A stretch of 56,172 bases of DNA, the filler included, from Catajapyx aquilonaris (Eukaryota): assembly GCA_000934665.2 (NCBI GenBank). It is 2 parts of 2 records of this genome, joined end to end, with 100 filler letters (N's around TTAATTAATTAA, not from the genome) between each part and the next. Parts side by side here need not be neighbours in the genome. Positions count along the whole stretch, not along the records: positions 1 to 28,497 come from KZ539277.1; positions 28,598 to 56,172 come from KZ539278.1. One strand, written 5' to 3'. A model generated the notes under the pieces. That model was not told where the DNA came from and made no database searches. It saw only the letters and a list, made by a program, of their open reading frames with translations. A program made the position numbers and the translations under genes. This document shows positions 22,101 through 34,500 of the stretch, piece after piece (position 1 is the first letter of the stretch; each line of letters opens with the position of its first letter).

Positions 22101-24114
22101 GTCACAATTGCAAAAGTATTTGACAGGCTTAATGATGTCTACAGGAGCTTCTTGGAGGTGGAGATGCAAAGTCAGGTATGACTGATTTTTGGAGCCTTCT
22201 TTGAGAGAATTATTGACAATCAAAATGAGTACTACAGGGTTCTTTGTTGTGATGTGACAGTACTGTGAGTTACGAGTAAAAAAACACACATGTATGCATG
22301 CCATTGTCACTAGAACCAATCAAGAAGAGAAATATTTTTTGTAATTTTGTTGCGTCTCATCGTGAGTACCTCCCAGACTCCACTTCTACATTGGAGTAAA
22401 TCCCCAACTGTGTTGTTGATCTTAAGTGAATACCTCGGGGGAAGAATGATCGAGGCCATTTTTTGTCAAAAATGAGTTACATATCTCAGAAGATACAGGG
22501 TGATTCTCTTGAATGGAAGCCCAAACGTTCTTCAATAACTTTTTAACTATGGTATGGTTCCCAATGAAAATTGACATGTACTTACCGTGTATCATGCCAA
22601 ACAAGGTCTGACTAAAGAATATACCAAAAGTCGTCCCCTCCAGCATCCAAGAATTTTTTAATCCGAGTCTGCATATTGCCGAAGACCCCTGCAGGTTGAA
22701 GGCGGCGATCCCGTCCATTCCCACCCGCCCACCTGCTTAGCGAGAGAGCATATCAAGGCAACGGGCCCGTTGCCTTGAGATGCCAAGTAGGCGGACCGGC
22801 GGGGATGTGTGCAATCCCCGCCGGGAATCAGCAGGAGTCTTCGGCAATATCCAGACTCGCATTAAAAAATTGTTGGATGCTGGAGGGGACGACTTTTGGT
22901 ATACACTATTCGTTAGTCAGACCTTGATCGACACGGTGGCGGAGTGGTTAGCGCTGCAGCCTTCCACCTCTAAGGTCCCGAGTTCGATCCCCGGGTCGGA
23001 CAGAGGATACTTATGTGGATAGAGTTTCGATGGGTTCTCTCCGTGTTCGCGTGGGTTTCCTCAGGGTTCTCCCGTTTCCTCCCACTATCAAAATCCATCA
23101 CAGCGCAGGCAATGATTAAAGACGGTTAATAAAAAAGATGATCCCCTAAAAAGCCCAAGGAGGCTTATCACCCGGTATCCATTATTATAGTCAGACCTTG
23201 TTTGGCATGATACAAGGTAAGTATATGTCAATTTCATCGGGAACCATACCATAGTTAAAAAGTTATTGAGGAATGTTTGGGTTTCCATTCGAGAGAATCA
23301 CCCTGTAGTTTCACTAGTGTAGAATATGATGGTTTGGTCGTGGTTGTGGAGTAATGATAATAGGTCTCTATGGAAGGCCCCGAAAGTGGGATTTACAATG
23401 GAGCCTTATGGGCCTTCGAAATTTAAAATTGGATTATCTCAGTTTCACCTGAGGTGGACCTTGGTTGTTCTTCCCCCGAGGTCTTCAAGTATTTTCCACT
23501 GCAATGTAATACTTTTGAGCATGGTCTTTGATTGTAAAAAGTGGTGGATTACTCTGTTGCTGTAACTAAATAACTTCTACATGATTAATATTCCAGATGG
23601 CAATGCCAGCTTCAGTGACATCGGTGTCTCCAAAGCCAGCGTCTACCAAGGCGCATGTGATAATTGATCAGTCAGACATGTACACCAACATTTTCTCCCA
23701 GTTTGTCACCAGCAAGGAAGTTGGAAACACCTTCATTCTGGCTGTACTGATCGAGTACATCAGGTCACTCAACCAATTCCAGATACCAGTCCAGCACTAC
23801 TTCTATGAGCTTGTGATCAATGCATTGGTCAACCAAAAGGCTTTCTATCAGCTGCATCAGTTCCTCCAGTATCACGTTGTCGGTGATTCGAAGCCTCTGG
23901 TAACCCTGTTGCATTTTTGTTGTGTTAGAGCTAAATGAATGATTTTGTGTTCATTATGTGGCATTGCATTTTAGGCCTGCCTCCTGCTTTCTTTGGAGGG
24001 TATATATCCTGCTGCTCATCAATTGGCCCTGGATATGCTGAAGCGTCTCTCAACAGCTAATGAAGAAATAATAGAGGTCTTGCTTTCCAAACAGCAAATT
24101 TTACCTTCACTAAG
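16180..24114 (+). CDS. RMC1: Regulator of MON1-CCZ1 complex (C18orf8/Mic1/Bulli), 3'-partial; exons 16180-16320, 16415-16576, 16683-16829, 16936-17110, 17299-17467, 17530-17635, 18690-18852, 21877-22175, 23597-23899, 23975-24114
   Basis: The spliced translation has VFFDHANKQIFAVRSGGATGVVVKGP, SGRFAVNVVDNLILVHHQ, LYSSNWVVFQP, EYIRSLNQFQIPVQHY, LHQFLQYHVVGDSKPLACLLLSLE and QLALDMLKRL. These match RMC1 as recalled; 601 codons in frame. Confidence 0.96.
17723..18455. mobile_element. piggyBac-like fold-back MITE (733 bp, almost wholly palindromic)
   Basis: TTAA TSD (17719-17722, 18456-18459). TIR CCCCTTTGCTACCAGCTAGGCCGAAAAC extends into inverted arms of more than 300 bp. Confidence 0.9.
19823..19981. 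mobile_element. Tc1/mariner-type hairpin MITE, copy 2 (opposite orientation), inserted in the mariner A transposase
   Basis: TIR CAGTGTTGGACATTAATCGAGG; the TA TSD splits the Tyr codon of LGY-NILPHPP. Confidence 0.9.
20197..21491 (-). mobile_element. Full-length mariner (DD34D) element B, 1295 bp
   Basis: TIR of about 33 bp, CGAGGGTCGTTYGGAAATGATCCGCACTCGATTT, with TA TSD (20195-20196, 21492-21493). Confidence 0.95.
20265..21301 (-). pseudogene. Mariner transposase, frameshifted
   Basis: HTH region, WVPRDL, TGDESW, HDNARPH and YSPDLAPSD are all present but split over several frames (breaks near 20882 and 20390). Confidence 0.9.
22624..22899. mobile_element. Palindromic MITE (TA or TATA target)
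   Basis: Inverted arms of about 70 bp starting CCAAAAGTCGTCCCCTCCAGCATCCAA, flanked by TATA on both sides. Confidence 0.85.
22927..23187 (+). mobile_element. tRNA-derived SINE family 2 (V-SINE-like), full length
   Basis: A-box GTGGCGGAGTGG, B-box GAGTTCGATCCC, central GTGGGTTTCCTCAGGGTTCTCCCGTTTCCTCCCAC and an ATT tail. 13-bp TSD TAGTCAGACCTTG. Confidence 0.92.
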
Positions 24115-24260
24115 GTAATTGCTTTTCTTGACACAATTACATATTGTACAAATAGTGTGATAAATTATAAGTTTTAACTGTTGGAATAATACAACTTTGA
24201 TACAAAAATTTTTGGCCCCCTGCAAATTCTACTGAGGGGATGATGAAAAATAGAGCATAA

Positions 24261-24698
24261 AGGTCTGTTCCCAAAGACGCTTTTTTATGCAACATCCGTG
24301 CTGTGGCAGCGTGTCCGCCACGGCAGGGAGGGACCAGTTGCATCGGTTGGGAATGCTACAGTGGCTGTGATAGCATGATGTAATTGTTGCATTCCATGCC
24401 CGGAATGCTAAAGGCATTCTACAGTGAAAGGAGAGAGGCTCCCGACTACTGCCGACCAATCAGATCGCAGGTCGAGGTCAAGTGATCGGTTTTAGGTGAC
24501 ATTAACAGTTCAAATTCGAATTTTCCTGGCCCCCAGCCAAACATTTTAAATACCACGTCTCATCATGGTTTTCTTGTTACAGCATAATGTCAACAATTGT
24601 GTTTGGGAACGGGTTCACTTTACCTAGCTGTAAGCGTCAATGAGGTGACACTTTTACAGCATGATTTTGTGTAAAAAACCTTCTCTGGGAACAGGCCT
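24261..24698. mobile_element. Diverged Harbinger-like MITE
   Basis: Imperfect TIRs AGGTCTGTTCCCAAAGACGCTTTTTT / AAAAAACCTTCTCTGGGAACAGGCCT. Confidence 0.55.
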
Positions 24699-24956
24699 TG
24701 AAAAAAGTGTGAGTGAAGTTGGAGTGGCACATTTTATGGAAATAGTACATGGAGCAAGGGGAGAAGCATGGGAGGATGATATTTTTTTATTTGGATCTTT
24801 ATCTGAAGAGATCACACATGGCTTGCTTCAAAATATTCCCCACCACACAATTTGTGTCAAAAAAGTTCGTACAGGTTTCCCTGTCCCGCCCTGTTTGAGA
24901 AATGCAACACAAAATTCACAAGTCATATTGCATCAGCCAGTCCAGTGGCTGGATAT

Positions 24957-25500
24957 ATGAGGGTTAGTCAAAACAATTGCGACTGTATTTTTATGTGAGA
25001 AAGAGAATTAACTTAGTTCACCACTCATGGTGAGTGGCATCTTGTAAAACATGTCTTGGAGTATTAGAACACAAATTCCTGTTTAAATTTTCCGAGATCC
25101 CAGGCCACAGTGACAGCGAGCTCATCAACTGTTATGCAGTGATCTTCCTGGGCAATCCCTGGAAAAGCGTTAATGATCTCAGGTCTCAGAACTCAGATGC
25201 AAACTTGTCTCTTTGAAAGCTGACTGCCAACCCTCCCTGAATGCTTTGTACCATTAGAATGCTGTAGAACACTTCTTCACAATGTGCCTCTCTTAGCATG
25301 TCATATGCCTCTGTTGCTGTTTTATATAAACAGAAGCAAAACCTCAAAGCTGGGTATTGTTCCTCATGGCTGACATCCATCATGACACTGGCAGAGCAGA
25401 GGCGAAAATGAACTTCACCTTTTACAATGGGGAAGTAGCCTTGGTCTGGGATTTGGGATTTTTGTTCATAACTAGCTAGCCCATGCCTGTAAACATACAT
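24957..25500 (-). mobile_element. Degenerate mariner relic
   Basis: Minus-strand MDVSHEEQYPALRFCFCLYKTATEAYDMLREAH resembles a mariner N-terminal HTH. TA-TGAGGG end at about 24957; right boundary approximate. Confidence 0.65.
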
Positions 25501-26164
25501 TCCACCACTCTGTTGCATCAAAATGACATTACAGGATAAATTACGGCACATTTAAAAGTGCCTTCAAAATTGGCGGGAAAAACGCCGCAGCCGGGTGGTG
25601 CCAATCGAAATGGTACACTGATATGCCTGGTTGACTGCGAGATATGAGGAATTTGACTTTGAATTAACCGCGGACACGACGGAAAGCATTCGCAAGGCGG
25701 CTGTAGGCCATCGAGGTGGAGAAAGAGGGGGCCTTCATGTGCCGAATTCGGGTGACAGATAATTCCTACCTGTTGGCACCACTGTCAGCCCAGAAGCGAT
25801 TTGAGCGACCTGGAATAAATACGCGCCCCGGCCGCTATCTTGCTCACGGAATGGGATGGTTGCTAACAACAGCGAAGCATTTTACAACAATGACGGGGCG
25901 CGTTCTATAACACCATTTTTGTGTTCATTTCACTTCGCGTGACGTCGACATTTTCTAGGGAAACAGTGACGTCACCATTTCCCTACATAAAAACCCCAAT
26001 TGCTCCGGAACTGAAACTGATATCTTAAAACGGAATATGCCAAAAAAATCCAAAAATATGGGCGAATTTATTATGTAGTTTCCAAAATGAAGGCTACTTC
26101 CCCATTGTCCCCACGACAGGGTCGGTTGTAACACTGTGTCTTGTCTAGGAAAAACATTTATAAA

Positions 26165-26676
26165 TACAGACGTTGAATCCGGATATAACATGACTTCAAG
26201 GGACCAAGGAAATCAGTTTGTTATAAGCGAGGTCTGTTATAGCCAAATCACCACTTTTTCAACGAATACGAAAAGTTTTCTGCTTTCCACATATTTATAA
26301 TGCACACTACTGCATACTGATTAATGTAACTACTCACAAACATGCCAAATTAGCTCACCTATAACTTAGGCAGGACCATAAAAAAATCGGTCATTTTCTT
26401 CTGCCATCTCATCCTTGCCAAATATACCAGAAAGAATTATTTTGACCTTTTCGGCAAGTGTTCTAACAGTGACAGATGGCTCCAGTATGCAGTTATTTCC
26501 TCGTGTGGGAAAGGAAGCTGATGAGTAATCAAAAACAGCATATTTTTCACTGAGGGGCCAAAAAATGGTCTGTTATAGCCGAGATGAGGTGAAATTCGTA
26601 TGTTATATCAGGAGTAAAATACACAGGGCCTTGTGGAAGTATGGCAGGACCAGCCTTTCGTCTGTTATAACCGAAA
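26165..26676. mobile_element. pogo/Tigger-like MITE relic
   Basis: Begins GTTGAATCCGGATATAAC, shared with 27318, and has repeated GTCTGTTATA motifs. Right end is interrupted by a SINE. Confidence 0.5.
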
Positions 26677-26685
26677 GTAATCATA

Positions 26686-26961
26686 TAATAATAATAATAA
26701 TAATGGATACCCCGTGATAGGCCTCCTTGGGCCTCTTAGGGGATCATCTTTTCGTGAACCGTCTTTAATCATTGCCTGCTCTGTGATGGATTTTGATTGT
26801 GGGAGGTAACAGGAGAACCCCGAGAAAACTCACGCGAACGCAGAGAGAACCCATCAAAACGCTCTTCACATAAGTATATCCTCTGTCTGACCCGGGGATC
26901 GAACTCGGGACCTCAGAGGTGGAAGGCTGAGGTGCTAACCACTATGCCACCGTGTCGCCCC
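26686..26961 (-). mobile_element. tRNA-derived SINE family 2 (V-SINE-like), copy 3
   Basis: Reverse-complement homolog of 22927-23187 with a (TAA)n tail. Confidence 0.9.
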
Positions 26962-27317
26962 CATCCTATGTATTTGTATAGTGGTTATTATGAAAATGTT
27001 GAATTTGTCCTTTTGTCAAATCTACGATGAATTGTGCAAACTTCAGCACAGTTTAATATTGGGCTTCACAATGGGCAACAACATCAACATTATTTTAGGG
27101 GCGGTAACCCCTAAGTAAGACCGTAGCACAGCATTTAAAAAACGAATTTTTCCAATACTTGTTCTTGTTGTTATTACGTTTTTTAAATTCTCCCTAACTC
27201 AAGTTCTGCTGCAGGTAAGGCTTTCAAATTTTGAACACAGATCCCCGCCGTCATGAAGACATTCCTACCATTTACAGATAAACTGAATTCCTCTTCAGAA
27301 CGCCGTTGTACTTATTA

Positions 27318-28320
27318 CAGTTGAATCCGGATATAACAGCCTCGGGCATAACAGACTTTTGGTTATAAAGACCAGTTCCGGCATGCTTCCATAAGCCTTG
27401 TGTATTTTGACGTGAACACGTCTTTAAAATCGGGTCCGTATAGAGGGGGGCATGCAGGCAAACTCCAGCATTACAGAAAAGTGTTACAGTCAGGGCCCCG
27501 CCAGGGGCCCCATGGCAGGGCTAAATTCAGATCCGCATAGGGGGGCATGGAGGCAAACTCGAGCGTTACAGAAAAGCGTTACTGTATATTGCAGGGCTAT
27601 TCAACTGGCGGACCGCGACGCAATTTTGTCCGGACCGCGACAATATACAGGACAGTTTGAAATAGCATGATAAATTACTAATTCATGACTTTTTTGGAAA
27701 ACGTGCTACCAATTTCATCAAATACACATCCATTCAAATCTCCCATGCATTCACTTAAGCTCGTGTGACCTTGTACCCCCCAGAAAAATTTTGCCTGCGG
27801 CGGGCTCATTCCCCGCCCTTTGCGGCTAGTTCACCTTGTACATACGAAATGGCCCCCCCTCCGAAATACTTCTGCCTATGCGCCTGTACAGGACATCATA
27901 AAAGGCGAAAATGTCTTAATATGCCCTGTCTTGATAGGCCCTTCTACCCTTGCTGCACATGTTTCTATTTTCGAATATTATGAACCCTGTGGGNGGGGGG
28001 GGGGGGGGGGGGTCTGGACCTTCAATGGCCCAGGAAAGGTAAATACTGGACCTCGTCATAAACTAGTTGAATACCCATGGTATATTATATCCGAGTCTAC
28101 TATATCCGAAGTGGCTAAATTCGGGGGCATGGAGGCAAACTCGGGCGTTACAATCTATTATATCCGAGTCTACTACATCCGAGTCTACTACATCCGAGTC
28201 TACTATATGCAAAGTGGCTAAATTCGGATCCGCATAGGGGGCATGGAGGCAAGCTCGAGCTTTACAGAAAAGCGTTACAGTCGGGTCCCCTGTCACGGCC
28301 TGACTGTAACGCTTTTCTGT
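27318..28320. mobile_element. pogo/Tigger-like composite element with internal direct repeats
   Basis: Starts TA-CAGTTGAATCCGGATATAAC. Four copies of GGGGGCATG(G/C)AGGCAA, and 15-bp tandem TAYATCCGAGTCTAC repeats at about 28086-28207. Right boundary uncertain. Confidence 0.5.
27592..28079. mobile_element. hAT-like MITE
   Basis: TIR CAGGGCTATTCAACT / AGTTGAATACCCATG and 8-bp TSD GTATATTG / GTATATTA. Confidence 0.7.
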
Positions 28321-28497
28321 AGTCTGGACACATGCATGTGTCCAGACTTTAGGGTCACCATGCACCATTTGAGAATTTTGGGGGACGTAAGTGTTGAATA
28401 AAAAAAATTAATTTTAAATCATCGATGATTCCAAAATTTTCACGTTGGTGTTCAGACTTCAATACTCATTTATAAATAATCACTTCACTCCCCCCCC

Positions 28498-28597
28498 NNN
28501 NNNNNNNNNNNNNNNNNNNNNNNNNNNNNNNNNNNNNNNNNTTAATTAATTAANNNNNNNNNNNNNNNNNNNNNNNNNNNNNNNNNNNNNNNNNNNN
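28498..28597. other. Assembly gap (with a 12-bp TTAA-repeat island)
   Basis: N runs at 28498-28541 and 28554-28597. Other gaps at 8601-8671 and 37541-37594. Confidence 0.98.
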
Positions 28598-31500
28598 GTC
28601 CTAGTTGACGCAATTCACCCAGCTTTAATAGAGCTGGTTAAATCTCCCCTCCGTTTTCCATTTAATTTAACGTCCTTTTAGGAAACGAGCCTTTTTCCTC
28701 CGTCCCCAGTTTCTCCCCCCATTTTCGAATGTCTTTTTGAAGGCATAGCTGACGCATGTCGAGGATTGTAGTGGGCCCATCCAGCATCCACCTCATCCCT
28801 GGGCATTCGCTCGGATTCCCCCTGGTCCAGTGCTGTGTCAAGCCCCGTTGCCCAGGCGCACAAGTGCAGAAGCACTCCGAGGGTTATACAGCCATCAGCT
28901 CTTATTATACGTAGGCACGCCTTTCACCTTTTCCGCAGAGCATTTCGAGGAAATATTGATAGCTGGATCAGCCTCCAGCCCGAGCTTTGGAAGCATATGC
29001 TGGATTTAATCAAAATATAAGTACATTCCTACATATGACAAACTGTTCATTTTCTTCATGAATTTTTAGCGATTTTGCCCCCCCCCCCTCCCTTTCCCGA
29101 GAATACAGGGCTTATCATGGACTAGAAAATGCAATTTTTTCATATAGCCCAATATTGTGTACACTGTAAAAGCTCAACTCGGAAACATTTTCGCATTGAA
29201 TGAGCTCTAATTATCTTGCAGCAGTGTAATCCTGTCCATCGGATAGTGGAATAATGCATCACAACCCTCAACAATGCCACTTGATGAAAACGCAATCTAC
29301 ATCCGGACTAATTACCTGCTTATTCCTGGCATACGTTCACAGTTCTGGCCATACTAATTCATGGGGGATACAATAATGAGTTTGATTATCAATAATACAT
29401 AGCGGGGCCCTCTCTTGCACCCCCCCCCCTTCCAAATTCAATCGATACATTGCAGTCACGGTCAGCAGGCTCAATCACATGCCTGCTAATTACTGTTGCT
29501 TTTCGTTCCAGCTTCCTGCCAGCGTGCACAATTCTTTGTTTCGTCGCCGGGGACACCCTGGGCCTCATAAAGAGTGGCTTTAATGAGCGATCGCATTTGT
29601 ATCACGCGTTTAACCGCTGTTTTTACAAGGGCCGTGGGTTGTATTAAACATCAATTAAATATTGTTTGTTGTCGCATTAGCTCGGCGATGGGAAAAAATG
29701 TGTCCTGTATTGATTATCGCTGAGTGCTCGTTGGTTATTGCATGTAGAACAACTCGCCCTACATATTTTGGACAAGGGTCCTTTGGGCCGCATTGTTTCG
29801 GTTCATTTTTGAGGGCAATTACAGCAAAACGTCTGCGCAAAATGCGGTAGAGAGCGAGAGATGCAGCAACTGTTGGAAAGTGGTTGATGGGGTTAACAAT
29901 CGGTATTCAGTCGTGGCGCGGATGAGACGAGTGAACTGGTGTTTGCGTCGTTATTTTTCCGACTGAGGGAGCTACAGTATCCGGTTAAATGACGCTAACT
30001 TTGAGAAATCCTGTGTGGCCCGTGAGTAATGCGCCCGTCCTCTATTAGTCTTCTTTGTGAAGCAGCAGTCGGTTTGTACAGTTCTCCATGGGCATACAGT
30101 ACCCGCGTATACTGTAACCTACCCTCCCTGTATGCAGCCGCAGCTTTTCGTAGACCCAGTATAATCCTCAAGTGCAAGTCTTCCAGCGGGATTATGCAGG
30201 ACGTAACTAGTACCAACCGCCAGGTAATCCGGCTGCCATGTTGTACCCGCCATTGTTGCCCTTGTGCTAAATGAGAAAGTAGGCCTCGACACCACATGGA
30301 CTTATTTCCAGCTGTCAAATTGCATGATCTCAAGTAGGTCAGTATCACAAAAATGCGTTGCAGCCTTTTCTCCTCCTAAAAGAGGGGACACCAGAGGCGT
30401 GTGAGCCTTAAATCCTGCGAGTGTTGTCAGAATGTAAATATTTGCGTAGGGATGAAATTATTGCCGGGCATAAAGTTAAGCACGGGTGAGTAATTACACG
30501 GGTGCTTTTATCTGGCACAGGGTACACGCAGCATGACACGTTGGAGTCGACTTCAGTGCCACGATTAACAGTGTCCAACGTTCACAATAAAAGTAGGCTA
30601 ATGAGACCATTACAAAGGCGCGTGGATTGAGTATAGCCTATTATTCAGCTTACGACTATGACCCTTATTTACTTCTTTTTATGACATGTCAAATTATACA
30701 ACGATTACGCACTAAATCTTAGGTTGATTAGAATTAGCAATTTCCGACTGGGAGCAATAAAGCCCGGATTTTCTGCTCGGTGAAATTATAAAACGGCGAT
30801 TACGCATGGTTGCGCTTTTAATTTGATGTTTCCCAACTGTACGCTTTATTTTGAACGCGCCGAAATAATATTGCTATTGAAACATTGGCGAGTGAACCCA
30901 TACAGTTATGAGGGAGGGGTCAAAACTTTGTCATTAATCGATGGGTCGGGAAAAATTATGGCATTTAAAACCATAGGTCGCCCATGGTGCACTCCCACAG
31001 TGAAAGTGTTTTCCTGTTACGCGATGCCATGTAAATTGGGTAGAAATAATGCAGCAGCAGAACCCATAAACGTGTCAGTTTGGAAATTCATAATTAATTT
31101 CGAAACTGCTATTTTACCTTCGCAATCATGCACTGACTGTTGACGATGCAGAAAATTGCTGTTGATACCCGTGCGAAACTACAAGATTAGTTCTGATGTC
31201 ACCTGAATATTTTTGTGCGTGCAAAAAAGGAGGGTTTTCTCTGGTATAACCGGGCTCGTAGATTAATAGTCGGCGGGCGCAATAGCAATTGGCGGCAATT
31301 ATCGCCGCGTTCCTGAGTCACCCGGGAGCATACAAGGGATAGCAGGGATATTAATCCCATTTTGATGATGGCAGACCGCAGATGTGTTGTGGCCGCCAAA
31401 TTTATTGGCGAGTGATGCCTGCTACCCTCCCCACATAACAGATATAAATGCCTATTTGATTGCCAGAGGTACAATAATCCGTTTCTCTTTGTTCGCCCCC

Positions 31501-34500
31501 GGTACCTACCAATTTTTGTTGTTGTTGTACCTCCCCCTCCCCTCCCCCCCCCCTCTAGTTTTTTTTATGACTGACCTAACATGGGCGCAGTCTCATTTCG
31601 TTCCCATCATTCCCGAGTGTGGACATCATGATGGCGTTGTAAAACGTTGCTGGGGGGCACATCTTCGTCATCTCTAATTAGCTCGCAACATGAACATCCT
31701 CGCTGGCACAAATGGCGGCGGGAGACACGGAGCTGGGGGAAAACTTCTTTGAAAGAAAAAAAAAAGTTCCGAGCTTGGTTTTTGCCCGCGGTTGAATTAC
31801 TCGTGTCTTTATTGGGCCGAAAATGGAGCGTAAAAGGCGAGGGCTATCTGTTGTCGCTTTTGCTGACGGCCATGTGACGGGAAGCTGAAGTTATGCGGGG
31901 AAGCTGTGGAACTGATTTGGAGAGAGGGCGTGTTTTTTCAAAGTCTCTTGATGTTTCGGGGTCCTCAGAAAAAGTGTAGGGACGATTTACTATGCCGAGG
32001 CGGCGACAGTGGCGGTTCGACGCGGCCACTCTGCACACTAGAGCTATTAGTTCAGTGCTCAGCCTATTCGAGGCGCCACACGTGATATTTTAAACTTTTT
32101 ATATGGAATTATTGAAAGAAACTTTTAGGCCTCTCTGTACCATCACTTGATAACTTTACCTCAGATATCCATTTACAAAGCGGAAGAATATGAGTGATGT
32201 TTCATTTCTATTCAAGCCAGTGCAGTGTGTTTTCAAGTCCAAATAAATGCGACTGTCACTTTGTGCAGGGAATCAAGCTGTTGATGTAGCGTCAAGCTTC
32301 TTACGACGTTTCCCTCCCTTCTTCAAAGCAGTCTAAAATCCTTCCGAGAAAGAAGTCATTTTTTGACGCACGTTTAATTTCAAAGAGATTTTGTAAATGT
32401 CTGGCTGTTCACTTCATTAAATCAAAAGTCTGCCACCGCCATAGAAACCGATGCAATTAAATGCAGCGAATTATACTCGACTGATTCCAGTTTTCATTGA
32501 CTTGGCCAATTTTTAGGAGCCAGCACATTTTTGCAGAAAAATCTATAAGAAGTCAGGTTTTTGACGACGATTCAGTGTTGTCGCTTCGTGCCGTCTGTTT
32601 GAGTTTTGAATATTAATTTATTCCCAACATGTTTTCCGTCAATATTTTGCTCATCGCATTTTGTTTCACACACCGGTGCAGTATTTCCACTTGCCCACGT
32701 GGCTAACCAGCACATAAATTCATTTTGCTTTAGTAGTCGTGAATAATTTTGCAACCCTGCACTCTCGCCAGTCGGGCTAGTCGGCCGTGAGAGGAAGGAA
32801 AATTTTCCTCTCCATCTCGTCCATAAGTAACGGAGCAAGTATACTAAATATTTGAAAGTTGGAAATTATCCGGGCGAAAATCCGGTCTTACGTTAACCAG
32901 CCGGTTGAGATTAGAGAAAACTGTGAATATTGCAGTCGGGTGCCATAAAGTTTTCAGAAGCGATACTGGAATTCGGAAAGTAGAATTGGTTCAGCATCTC
33001 ACCCTTCGAAAATAAATTCTCGATAAGTTATATAAAATAGTTTTCATAATGTGATTATGATGTATCCAAAATGTAACACATTTTATCTATAACCTACAAC
33101 TCTTTAAAATTAAACTTTGTTAGACTACTTATTTCCATATCGCTGAAGGAATGTTGATATTCTCAACTCATAATGCAGCATTTCGTCTCATGTTATTTTG
33201 ATCTGTTACATTAAATTTTTCCCTTCGTGAGACCTTTGAATTCCTATAATATTCTGATCCTGTTGTTATATTTATAATGTAAATGCTAGCATTACACTAT
33301 ATAGGCACATTTATTTTGCTCAATAAATCAGATTAAAATTAAAGGGAAGAAAGTTGCATACACCTTGGCAAATTGCCAATATTGCATTAATCTTAGAAAT
33401 TGTGTCCTAAATGAGTATACACGACACGTCAAATCATTTTGGCCTCCTATAACAATTCCGGTTATTCAGTATTTAGAGATACTGATTGCGTCTCGTTAGC
33501 AGCGTGATCTTACGCTTCAAGAAACACCCAAGTTTTGGACACAATCATTTTCTCTCCTGACCTACATCCCGCTCCAAAAAAGGGGACCTGGGTCGCACTC
33601 TTATCGAAATTAATTAAGCTTTCTCCAAACGGCCCGTTGGCGCGAGACCAAAACCTGTCCGACCTACTCACCATACTAAATCCAACCCTTTACAATGTGT
33701 TTCGTAATTATCGAGTATCATATTTTATGCCTCCGTGCACTTCTCTGAATAAACAGAGTTAGTTTCTGCAGCCCTCTTAACTTTGCCCTCTAGGTTCTAT
33801 ACCCACCAAAATCCCGGTCGGTGCTAATATTTTTGCGGGTGTGCATATCTGCATAATACTCGTGATGTACGACCGGTTTGAATAGGAGCCGATTTTGTAA
33901 AACAGAGTCATGTGTCTTACCTCCAAGTCCGAATTAAAAAGGCGGAGGTGATGAATGACTCGCATTGAGCGGCAGGGTTATGAAAATCAGGAGTTAATGG
34001 GGCTGGAGTTTGCATGGAGGTAATGGCTGCTTCCACACCTTTCTCGCGAAATCACGATAATCATCATAAAGGTCGGGTTGATAAATTGGCTCCGTTTGTG
34101 ATTAAATCCCGTCCGGCTTGGATAGCCAAAGTTTGCAATTTTTGAGGGCGAAATTTTATTTACCTCTGGCTGATTATCGCTTTTTCTCTCCAGCTTCAGG
34201 GGGGCCGTAGCTCCCAATTTTTGCAGAATTTTAATCACGTTTGAAAAGGCGGAAGAGCTTTTGTTGCCGAGCCGGAATTATAAAAACAGGGCTTATGAAA
34301 GTAAATAAGTCTTCAGGGTGTCGCTTCGTCTCCGATTGTCTCGGCTCTCGGAACGACGAGTTGAGCATGAGAAATGAGGCGGTAAAACCCCTCTCTGTGA
34401 CGGTTGTGGAATACATTTAAGGACTACTTCTCTCCGCCTTGGTTACCGTCTCAAAGTAGCTCACTCTTCAGGGGGAAGTTCATTAGAATTTATTGACTCC

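Larger units (their letters stand above)
22496..23305. mobile_element. Tc1/mariner-type MITE with ~120-bp TIRs
   Basis: TA-CAGGGTGATTCTCT...AGAGAATCACCCTG-TA termini. The empty site AGAAGATAGTTTCACTAG is visible in the 12874 copy. Confidence 0.88.
22428..23486. mobile_element. MITE with 4-bp TSD (Sola-like), copy 2, hosting three nested elements
   Basis: AAGT TSD (22424-22427, 23487-23490). Ends and 3' body homologous to 12874-13108. Confidence 0.82.

Noticed and set aside
28086..28207. CRISPR-like or coding repeat (YYIRVYYIRV)
   Set aside because: 15-bp tandem repeats without spacers, inside a TE in eukaryotic DNA.
28542..28553. TTAATTAATTAA island between N runs
   Set aside because: Probably a scaffolding or masking artefact.
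32160..33745. Minus-strand exon candidates at about 32160-32332 and 33672-33745
   Set aside because: Splice-like ends, but stop codons in all three frames.
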